31,288 bases of DNA, taken from positions 1-31,288 of the forward strand of contig QPMI01000362.1 of assembly GCA_004431415.1 (NCBI GenBank), written 5' to 3'. Under the pieces are notes generated by a model. It made no database searches and was not told the origin of the DNA. It was given only the letters and a program-made list of their open reading frames with translations. Positions within the stretch are counted from its first letter, which is position 1. Each line of letters opens with the position of its first letter. The DNA is from Cyanophora paradoxa CCMP329 (taxonomy: Eukaryota; Plantae; Glaucophyta). Below, piece by piece: positions 21,859 to 31,288 of this stretch. Made by a program: the position numbers and the translations under genes.

Positions 21859-23067
21859 TCAATGGGAGGCGGAGAAGGGCAGCCGCGGCTCGGGAGGGCT
21901 TTCGGGCCCCTCGCCTCGCCCTCCTCCGGCCGGCGGCGCTGGGCGGCTCGTCGGGAAGCGCCCGGGGATGGGCGCCTCCGCCGCCGCCGCCTTGGCGCCT
22001 CGGGGAGTCCGCTCGGGCCCTCCAGCGCCGCCGCGTCCGGCGCCGCAGGAGGGCACCCCGCAGCACGACGACGGGCGCCGGCGGCGGGCGGGGCGCGTGG
22101 GCGGGTCGGGGTGGGCGGGGCGGGGGCGGGGGACGGGGAGCGGGGGCCGGGAGGGGAGCGGGCGCCGGGCCCGTGGACGTGGAGCTCGTCGCTCGTGAAG
22201 AGCGCCGGCAGGACCGAGCAGGTCAGGCGCTCGGCGCCCACGAGTGGCCACCAGCCGCCGCATGCACTCCACGCACACCTCGTGCCTGCCCCGCCCCGCC
22301 CCGCACGTCACCGGCCCGCCCGGTCGCGGGGCCGGGCGCGGGGGGCCTCACCCGCAGGGATGACGATGGGGGGCAGCTCGCGGGAGAAGCTCTCGAGGCA
22401 GATGGGGCAGTCTGCCTCGTCGCCCTCGCGCTCCGCGGCGCTGCAGTAGCGACGCCCACGCCTCGCCCTTCATCGCCAGCTCGATACCGCCTCGCAGACG
22501 GGTCGAGGCGTGCGCCGCGCGCCCCGAACGGCAGCGGGTCACCGCCATCTGCAGGCCCTGCCTCGATCGCGATGCGGACGAGACCGGTCAGCGCTCCGGT
22601 ACCCGTCTTCCTCAGGTCGAGGACTGGCAAGATCTCACCGTCATGTACATCCGGCATCATGAGCCTCCGCAGGCTGCGCTTCCGCAGGTCGTTGAAGCAG
22701 AGGCCTGCGCGATGCGGCCGATGAGCGCGAATCAATTTACATGATGTCTAAGCGCGCATCTCGTTGGGCGCGTTATATGCTTTAATCGCACGGATCTCGC
22801 ACCTGCAAAGAAGTAGCAGGCGCCGCGACGGGAATCGCAAGGATGAGGAGGCAGAGCAGCGCCGGCGAAAGCTTGCAGTCCTCTCGCTGGGCGCTGCAGC
22901 CACCGCGTAGCCGTGGCGTTTACGGCTCCAGAGGTGAGCGAAGCACTCCCCGCCTTGCCGCCTTGAAGATCCGACAGCGCGGAGCCGCGTTGACTCGAGT
23001 TCAATACGATCAGCACAACTGCTGCATATGTGAACGCGCATCCAGAAATCCTATTATCGAATGACAT
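21859..23067 (-). CDS. RING-finger protein (putative E3 ligase) with an N-terminal signal or membrane segment
   Basis: MSFDNRISGCAFTYAAVVLIVLNS at the N-terminus. RING CPICLESF...C.....HEVCVECMRRLV...LTC; the last ligand pair is disturbed by an indel. Confidence 0.7.
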
Positions 23068-23275
23068 GCGTCGCTGGCTGCTCGCTGGGGTCGGCATCGC
23101 CCGCTTCCGCGCTGCTTGCGATTGCCCCGCAGGATCTTGCGCTCCGGATCCGCGGCGGGGTGCCAGGGAAACGGGGCTGGGTCGACCGGACTCCATAATT
23201 GAACGCTGTGGCTGCAGCTTCGCTCTGCCTCAGAGGGATGCGGCCGAATTCGAGAGCACTACCGCTGTGCCGCCA

Positions 23276-25242
23276 ATGCTGCCACTGCGACGGCAACCGC
23301 AAAACGAGGTGCGCTGTCGATCGCTGTTGGGTGGTGCTGCTCGCTCAACCGCGCCTCGGAGGCTCCGACCGGAAAGGTCGCATCCACCGCGGGGGGAGAA
23401 GCTCGGGGGGGCGTACAGGTCGAATGAGCCACGGTACGAGGACAACAAGCCTGGCGTCAGCGCCCGGCCCACGCGCGCCACATGGACGCAGAGTGCATGA
23501 CGCGCTGCCGGATGATATACTCGCCGAATTCTTCTCCACATTTCCTTCGTGGAGCAAGCAAGCGCTCACGAGTCTGCAAGCGCTGGCGAGCGCTTCTCCA
23601 GTCGCCGGCGCACCGCGGCGTTGTAGTCAAGCGGATCGACCTCGAGCACCATATGCATCCCGGACTGGAGCACGTCGCGCTCGCGTGCGCCAAACGCCCG
23701 GCGCCGGGCCGCCTCGCTGATCATCGGCTCGCGCAGCGTGGTGCCCAGCGCTAGCGGTCTGCGGGAGCTGGCTCTGTCCGTCGAGTTCGACTGCGGTGCG
23801 TGCTCGACCTCGCAGCGAAGTACTGTCCGCTCCTTGAGACCATTGCCGTGGCGGGGCGCACAGTGAAAGGCGCGCCGGCGCCGGCTCAGAGCGCTGTTTG
23901 AACTCCGCCCCTGAGGCGGCTGCAGACAGGAGCCTGGCGCGGCAGCTGGCCAGCTGGCCGCGCCTGCGGTCCCTCTCCGTGCACCGGCGCCGGCGGTCGG
24001 CGACGAATCGCTCATCGCCCTCGCCCGCCACTGCACCGTGCACCCGCCCGCCCCTCCGCCCCGCGGCGGCGCTGGAGCCGGTGCGGCGCATGCGCAGAGG
24101 CTGGAGGCGCTGTGCATCTCGTACACGGGAACGTGACGGACGCCGGGGTGGAGGCGGCGGCGCGGGCCTGCCGCGCCTGCGCGCGTGCGGCTGAAGCTCT
24201 GCGGGGGCGTGGCGGGGCGGCGCTGGAGGCGCTGGCCCGCCACTGCCCCCTCGCCGCCGTCGACTGGAACTATTCCGGCGTCGGCCTTTCCGACGCCGCC
24301 CTGCGCGCGCTCCAGGCGCCCCCCTCCCGCCCCGCCCGCGGTGCCGGGGGCCGATGCGGCGCAGGGGTGCGTGCAGCTGGAGACGCTGCGGTGCTGGGGT
24401 CGCGGAGGTGACGGAGGGGGCGTGGCGGGCTCGCCGCGCGTGCCTCGCCTCGCCCGCCTCAAGCTCTACGAGATGCCCCTCCTCGCCGACTTCGGCCCGC
24501 CCCGCCCCGCCCCGCCCCGCGCCCCCGCGCGCCGCTGACCCCGCGCGCAGGGCTCTCGCTGCTGGCGACGGCGCTGGGGCCGGGCTGCGGGAGGTGCGCC
24601 TGGAGGGGTGGCGGCGGGGGACGCAGCGTGCTGGCCCTCGCCCGCCACGCCCCGGGCCTCTCCGCCCTCGGCCTGCGCCGCCTCCCCGCCACCGACGTCG
24701 CGCATGTGCCCTCGCTTCGGCTGCCCCCGCCTCGAGCGGCTCGACCTCGGGCACCTCCCCGGCGTCACCGCCGCCGCCTCGCCGCCTTCGCCCGCCACGC
24801 CCGCGGCGCCCTGGCCGACCTCGCCTCGCCGCCTGCGGCCCGGCGCGCCGCCGCCGCCGCGCCCCTCCTCCGCCGCTCCCCCCGCCTCGCCCGCCTCCGC
24901 ATCCTCGACGCCCCGATCTCGCCTCCGCCGACGCCGAGGCGCTCGCTGCGGCGCTGGCGGCGGGGCCGGCGCCGGTGCGGGAGCTGAGCCTCGCGGCTGC
25001 ACGGGGTGGAGGAGGCGGGGAGCCGTCGAGGCGCTCGCGGCCGCCTGCGCCGGCAGCCTCGCCTCGCTCGACCTCACGCGCGTGCCCGCCGCCACGACGC
25101 GGCAGCGGCCGCCGCCGCCCGCCTCTGCCCCCGCCTTTGCTTGCTGGCTTTGCGGGGCACGCGCGCCACCCCGCCGGGCGCCGCCGCCCTCAAGGCCGCC
25201 TACCCGCGCCTCCTCGTCGCCCGCTCCTCCGCGCCCCTCTGA
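23276..25242 (+). CDS. F-box / leucine-rich-repeat (RNI-like) protein; start approximate
   Basis: F-box DALPDDILAEFFSTF...SRVCKRWRALL. LRRs LEALCISYTGNVTDAGV, LERLDL, LARLRIL, VRELSLAAA and LASLDLTRV. Several indels. Confidence 0.8.
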
Positions 25243-25430
25243 CCCCGCCCCTCTCAAAGCGCCTTGCTTAGCCTTCTTAGCTTGTTTCGAAAAAGCACTA
25301 CGGCAGCCGCGACTAGAAGGGCGGGACGGCCCGGACGCACACAGACTAACACTAGCGCCCGGAACGAGCGCGCGAGACTAGGACTACGCGCGATACTAAC
25401 GACCAGGGCAACTACAGGCGAGAGGGGCGG

Positions 25431-27248
25431 TCAGTAGCGCGGGGGGCGGGGGGTCGGGGGGCGGGGCCGGCGGCCGGGGGCGGCGGGGGCGCTGCCGGAG
25501 GGGGCGGGCTGCGGCGGGAGGCGCGGGAGGAGCCCTCGCTGGCGGGCCCGCGGCGCCCCGCCCGGGCCGCGTCGTTGGCCCGGAGCGGGGAGCGGGGTAC
25601 GGGTCGTCGTCGGCGCTGGGTCCTCCTCGGGGACGGGCCGCAGGTTGGCCCCTGCAGCTCGCGCCGGATCGCCTCCACCGCCCGCCTGGTCCGCCCGGTG
25701 CTTCGCCGCCAGCCGCTCCAGTCCCCCTCCTCCTCTCTCCTCCCCGTACCCTCCTCCGCCTCCCCCTCCTCCGCCCGCGCCCGCTGCTTCGGCTTCGGCA
25801 CCTGCGAGGCGTACTCCAGCGCCTGCGCCGCCTCAGCGCACGCCCCCGGCCCCCGCGCCCCCCCCCGCCGCGCCGGCACCCGGGTCGCGGCCGCTGGGGG
25901 GCTTGGGGGGCTGCCAGCCCGGCGGCGGGGGCCTGCGCTTCGGGGCTCCTTGACGAGGCTGGCGGGGGGCGGCGGGGTGAGGGGCCGGGGGCGGGACGGG
26001 CGGGGCGGGCGGGGGGCGCGCGCTCCATGTTCGCCTTGTTCATCACCTCCGCGTAGTCCTTCATCCGCTCCCGCGCCTCCCGCTGGCCCCGCAGCTCGCA
26101 CCGCGCGGCGGCGGGCGGGCGGGCGGGCGGGGGCACCTTGGCGATGCGCTCCTCGTCGGGGGCTCGGGCCCGAGGCTCCCCATGGCGAGCGGCGCTGCTT
26201 GAGCGCCTCGTACTCCTTCAGCGTGTACGGCTTGTACGCCACCTCGCGCGGCTTCCGGCTGAACGCCAGCTTCTCCTCCGGCGTCGCGTACTCCGGCTCC
26301 GGCGGCGGCGGCGGCGGCCCCGGCCGGCTCCTTCCCTGCCGCCGCTGCTTCACCGCGTGCTGCCGCGCGTAGCCCCCCGCCCCCGCCACCGCCTTCTTCG
26401 CCACCGGCACGCCGCCCCACTGCTGCCCGTAGCCGTAGCCGGCGAGGGCGCCGGCGGCCCCGCGTCGGCGTAGCCGTAGTAGGCGTCGTAGGCGCCCGGC
26501 TGGTGCGGCGGCGCTTGCGGCGGCGGCTGGTACGCGTAGTACGAGGCCGCCGCGGGGTAGGAGAAGGCCTCCGCCTCGTAGTAGCCGGCTTCGCCCCCGT
26601 ACGCGCGGGCGCCTGCCTCGCCGCCGCACCCGACGCCGCGTGGCCGTAGCCGTAGCCCGCCTGGGCCGCACGCGCGTCATGACGCAGGGCGGCGCGGGCG
26701 CGGGGGCGACGGCGCACCTGCTCCCCGTACTGCGCCCCGTCATCGGGCTGCGGAGATCCTCTGCGGGCGGACTGGAGCTCTGATCGGGAGAGCGCAGCGG
26801 TCTCAGCGGGCGCCAAGGTTTGCATCTGGGAGGGCTGGAAGGGTGCAAGGGGTCTCACGCTTGGAGGCGGCCCCGTTGGATGCGGCGCTGATGAGCGTGC
26901 CCTCGGAAGCGGGCTGGCCCGGCTTCGCTATCGTACCATCCCTATGCACTACACTGATCTTGTCTCCAAACTGCGCGTGGGTGCGTCAGCGAGGAGGTCC
27001 GCAGACTCGCCGGCGGCAAGGCGGAAGGCCAGGGAAGTCGTTCCAGCAGGCTTAGCTTGGTGCAGCAGGCGCACCCTCTGCAGGAAGTGCTCGCATTCGG
27101 CCACCTTCTTTTTTTGCTGCCGGGGGTAGGCACAAAGCTGTCGCAGCAGCTCCTCAGCTTCGAATCACCTCGTAGGGCAGCGTAGAAGCGTCACGGACGT
27201 ACGCTTGACTTCCAGCCGAGCATAGAGGGTCTCATCCTCGGCCGGCAT
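25431..27248 (-). CDS. JHY: JHY-like (C11orf63 / juvenile hydrocephalus) ciliary protein; both ends approximate
   Basis: C-terminal motifs FSRKPREVAYKPYTLKEYEALK...MGSLGP...RERMKDYAEVMNKAN...ALEYASQVPKPK...LERLAAKHRAD...VEAIRREL match the JHY domain pattern as I recall it. Confidence 0.75.
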
Positions 27249-29921
27249 GGGCCGCGACCGCGACGAAGAAGAGCGCCGCAGGCGCAAGGAGGAGAAGCGT
27301 GCGAAGAAAGAGAAGGAGAAGTGCGCACCGCCCCCGCCGTCAGCTGTACACCGCCTCGCTAAACCACGACAGGAAGCGGAGCAAGCTTGATGAGACGCCG
27401 GAGGAGCGGCGTGCACGGCGCCTCGCGAAGAAGCAGAAGAAGGTGCGCGCTCGCCCCGCGCCGCCAGTAACATTGGCGAATGTGTGTACGCAGGAGGCGA
27501 AGCGGGCGGAGAAGGAGCGGTCCAGCAAGAAGGAGGACAAGTCCTTCTTCGGATACACGAACGATAACAACCCGTTCGGCGACTCGAACCTCAAGGAGCA
27601 GTTCGTGTGGAAAAAGAAGAACGAGAAGCTGTTGAGCTGGGCGTCGACCCCAAGCCCTGTCGAAGGAGCGCGAACGCCTTCGACGCGAGGAGCTTCGCGT
27701 GAGCGCATTCGCTGCAGACAGAATGGTTTCGGCTCGGGCTGACAGTGCTGGCAGCGGGAGATTGACAAGGTCAAGAAGCGGCGTGAGGAGCGCGAGGAGG
27801 AGAAGATGCGGTGGGAGGAGGAGCGGGTGCGCGTTAGCTACTCCTCGTGCAATCCCTTTTTGCACTAGCGCTGACCGCGCGGCCGGGCAGTCGAGGCTCG
27901 CCCGGAGCGCGAGGGAATGTCCTTCCAGGAGTGGGAGAAGAAGGAGGACGAGGTGCGGGCGCTCTTTGGCTCCGCTGCGTAAGCGAGTTCCGAAACGTGC
28001 GGTGGGCCGGCGCAGTTCCACCTGAAGCAGGCGATCATCCGGTCGGAGATCCGCATCAAGGAAGGGCGCGCCAAGCCCATCGACATCATCGCCAAGAACC
28101 TGCACCTGGACAAGGTGCGGCAGGCGCCCGAGGCCTGCGGCGCCGGACCGACGGACGGCGGGGGGGCGTGCGTAGGACTTCGACATCGAGATGAACGAGC
28201 CGTACAAGATCTTCAAGGGCCTGCCGGTGGCGGAGATCGAGGAGCTGAAGGCGGACATCGCCACGCACCTCGAGCTCGACCAGGAGAAGGGCCACCGCGA
28301 GTTCTGGAATGTGCGCCGGACCCCGCCGCCGGCCCCGGCCCCGGCGCCCGCGCGGGGCGCCGGTCGAGGGCGGGGGCGGGGGGCAGGCGATGATGGTCGT
28401 GTGCGAGGACGAGCTCGAGCAGGCGCGCCGCAGCGAGGAGCTCGAGCGCCAGGGTGCGCCGCCCCCGCACTCTCCCCCGCCCCGCCAGAGTCGGCGGGGG
28501 CTGAGGTGGGGGGGGGGGCAGGGACGCGGGGGGCGCCGTCGTCGTCGGGGGTGCACTCGGCGGTGGAGGGGGACATCGAGGGGATCTTCCGGGGCAAGTC
28601 GGCGCGGCAGCTGGCGGAGCTCGAGGGCCAGTGCCGCGACGAAGATCGCCATCGGCCGCGGCGTCGACGTCGAGTACTGGGAGAACGTCTTGAAGAAGCT
28701 CTCCGTCTTCAAGGCGAAGGCGCTGCTGCGGGAGAGTCCACGCCGGCCTCCTCAAGAAGCGCCTCGCCCAGCTCCAGCAGGAGCAGGCCCGCGCCTCCCG
28801 CGGCCGCGACCCCGAGCGCGAGGGGTCCGCCCCCCGCCCCGCTCGCCGCCGGGAGCTGAGGGGGCGGGCAGGGCAAGCGGCGGCGGGAGGACTCTTCCTC
28901 CTCCTCCTCCTCGAGCGGGGAGGAGAGCGAGCGGGAGCGCGGCGGCGCCGCCGGCAGGCCGCCAGCGAGAGCGAGGGCGAGGGCCGCGCGGCGGCCGGCC
29001 CTCGCGCGGCGGGTGGGAGGAGGAGGAGGAGGAGGAGGACGGCGGGCGGGGCGGGGCGGGGGCCGGGGGCACGCCGCCGGGGGCTTTCAGCCCGGTGCTG
29101 GAGAGCGGGGACGTGGGGGAGGCGGAGGTGGTGGACGAGGCGGAGGACCGGCGCCAGCTCGAGCAGCAGCGCGAGGCCATCCTCGCCCGCGAGCGGCACG
29201 CCCCTGGCCCCACCCCCGCCCCGCCGCGTTGCCAGCCCCCGCCCCTGACGCGCGGGGCGATGCGCGCGCAGGGAGAAGATGGCGGAGATCGCGGCGGCGG
29301 AGGAGGCGGCGCGGGTGTCGGGGGCGGGGCGGGCGGCGATGTCGCGGACGCGGTTCGTGAACGAGGACGAGCTGTACCGGATCGAGAGCGCGAAGCTGGC
29401 GGAGCGGGCGGAGGAGGGCGAGGTCTCCTTCGCGGACGAGGTGGCCGTGGAGGGGCAGCAGTACCGGTGGGAGGACAAGTACCGGCCCCGCCGCCCCCGC
29501 TACTTCAACCGCGTCCACACCGGCTTCGACTGGAACAAGTACAACCAGACGCACTACGACCACGACAACCCGCCCCCGAAGATCGTCCAGGGCTACAAGT
29601 TCAACGTGCGCCCGCCCCGCGCCCCGGGCCGCCCCGGCCGCGCGCTCCCTGCGCTGCGGGCGCGACGCGGGGCCTGGGCGCAGATCTTCTACCCGGACCT
29701 CATCGACAAGGCGAAGTCGCCGCAGTTTCTTCATCGAGCCGGACACGACGGAGGACACGGTGCTGCTGCGCTTCCACGCGGGGGCCCCCTACGAGGACGT
29801 CGCCTTCCGCATCGTCAACAAGGAGTGGGAGTACTCCCACAAGCGCGGCTTCAAGTGCACCTTCGAGCGCGGCATCTTCCACCTCTACTTCAACTTCAAG
29901 CGCTACCGCTACCGCCGCTAG
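27247..29921 (+). CDS. CACTIN: Cactin (spliceosome C*/P-complex factor)
   Basis: ETPEERRARRLAKK; GYTNDNNPFGDSNLKEQFVWKKK; EWEKKEDEFHLKQAIIRSEIRIKEGRAKPIDII; WEDKYRPRRPRYFNRVHTGFDWNKYNQTHYDHDNPPPKIVQGYKFNIFYPDLIDK; YEDVAFRIVNKEWEYSHKRGFKCTFERGIFHLYFNFKRYRYRR-TAG. Confidence 0.98.
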
Positions 29922-30050
29922 CCCCGGCCCCGCCCCCCGCGCCCCGCCCCTCCCCGCTTGCCCCCGTCGGCCCCGCGATGTGCGTTGCACGGCGTTCGAT
30001 TGGAAACAATGCTGCTGGGGAAGGGCGCGGGGCGCGGGGGGCGGGGCGGG

Positions 30051-31288
30051 CTAGAGGAGGGCGGGGTGCGGGGCGAGGTCTGTCACCTCGACGGCCGCCC
30101 CGAGGTCCCACAGGCCCCACTTCTCCGCCACGTTGTGGATGAGGGGCCGCCCCTCCGCCGCCGCCCGCTTGTACTCCTCCAGCAGCGCCGGCGGCGTCAT
30201 CGGGCGCGTCACGTGCCTGCGCGCGCGGGCGAGGGCCTTCACGCAGCGCCCGCTGGGAGCGGCGGGCGGGGCGGGCGGGCGCACTCGGCGACGTGGTCCT
30301 GCGCGGGGCCGGCGCGGGGCGGGGGCGGGTGAGGGCGGGGCGGGGGGAGGGCGCTGGAGGCGCGGGCGGGCCTGGTGGAAGGCGACGATGGGGGCCTTCA
30401 GAAAAACGTAGAAGAGGCTCATTGACGAAAAACGTGGCGGGGAGGAAGGCGTCGCAGAAGGAGGAGGTCGCGTGCTCGGGGTAGCCCCGCGCGCCGCCCG
30501 CCAGCGCTCCCCGTGCGCCAGCAGGAAGTCCCCCGGGAAGTCCATCGTCAGCTGCCCGAAGCTTGCCCCCGCGCGTGGTGCGCATGCGCGCTCAGCGTCG
30601 GAGGCGTCCGCCGCGCGGCGGGGCGGGGCGCGGGGCGCACTCGGAGACGAGGTGGCCCTCCCAGTCGGTGGGCCCCCGGGCCTCCGCCGGGGGCCCGGCG
30701 TGGCGCGGGGCGGGGGGCCCCCGGGGGCGCCGCCGAGAGCTCCGCCCACTCGGCGTACGGCATCGCCCGCTCCTTCGTGAGGAAGATCGGGCTGCGGGGC
30801 GCGGCGTCGGCGGGGGCCGCGAGGGGCGCGCGGGCGGGGCGCGGGGGGCCGGGGCGCGACTTGGAGCGGGAGCGGCGGAGGAAGTCGGCGAGGACGGCGG
30901 CGCGGGGCGCCTCGGGCAGGTGCGTCCCGTTCGCGTCGAAGCTGCGGGCGCCTCAGGGAGGGGGCGGGGGGGTGCGGGGGCCGGGGCGGGCCGGCGGGCG
31001 AGGTAGAAGGCGTCGGGGCGGAGGCGGCGGGCGGCGAGGGCGGCAAAGAAGGCGTCGGGGAGCAGCACGTCCTGGTTCGTCACCAGCACGTACTCCCCCC
31101 GCGCCCGCCGCACCCCCGACGTTTCTTTCCCCACCCACTCGAAACAGCGGCTGCCGCCGCCTCGGCCGGCCGGAGGCGGCGGGGTGGATGCGCGGGGGCG
31201 GGCGCACGATCTTTGGCGTGGTTGGGGAAGCGCCTGTGGACGCCCCGGCACCCGCACGAAGCTGCCGGCGGCGGCGGCGGTGAGGCGG
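30051..31288 (-). CDS. GT-A fold / GT2-like glycosyltransferase; 3' part only, 5' end outside the window
   Basis: FEWVG(K)NVGVRRARGEYVLVTNQDVLL and FPGDFLLAHGERWRAARGYPEH...CD motifs. Ends KWGLWDLGAAVEVTDLAPHPALL-stop. Confidence 0.75.

Noticed and set aside
27640-29730. Frameshifts within cactin (and in the RRM, F-box, RING, JHY and GT genes) as programmed frameshifting, RNA editing or pseudogenisation
   Set aside because: They are scattered 1-nt indels, often at homopolymers, in highly conserved genes with no in-frame nonsense decay. This is most consistent with unpolished long-read errors.
1690-29921. Functional splicing-gene cluster (RRM protein, PRP19, cactin)
   Set aside because: The genes are separated by many unrelated genes, and three RNA-processing genes among 13 can occur by chance.
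1749-31283. Dozens of long overlapping Pro/Arg/Gly/Ala-rich ORFs, for example 18191-21109 and 18977-21001
   Set aside because: Artefacts of extreme GC content and read-through of short stop-free introns. The spliced models explain the conserved segments.

Overview
GC-rich, intron-dense eukaryotic nuclear DNA. A cilium gene (JHY-like) and an FVxxLP-type plastid transit peptide suggest a flagellated archaeplastid alga, possibly glaucophyte-like; this is inference only. I hand-spliced about 13 protein genes: a 2xRRM protein (+), a putative plastid protein (-), PRP19 (-), a 54-aa microprotein (+), an EF-hand-like hypothetical (-), an EF-hand protein (+), LisH-WD40 (-), a putative transcription factor (+), a RING ligase (-), F-box/LRR (+), JHY-like (-), cactin (+) and a partial GT2-like glycosyltransferase (-). 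Most of the supplied ORF track is GC-rich noise, because the real genes are split by 50-100 nt introns and contain scattered 1-nt indels that look like sequencing errors, so gene ends are approximate where noted. Highlights: a U12-type AT-AC intron that builds the microprotein; a probable H/ACA snoRNA with an atypical hinge inside the single long PRP19 intron; a 522-bp hAT-type MITE with a perfect 8-bp TSD; frequent GC-AG introns with a GY(G/C/A)CGC donor; and five consecutive head-to-head gene pairs, including JHY/cactin, whose start codons overlap or nearly touch.
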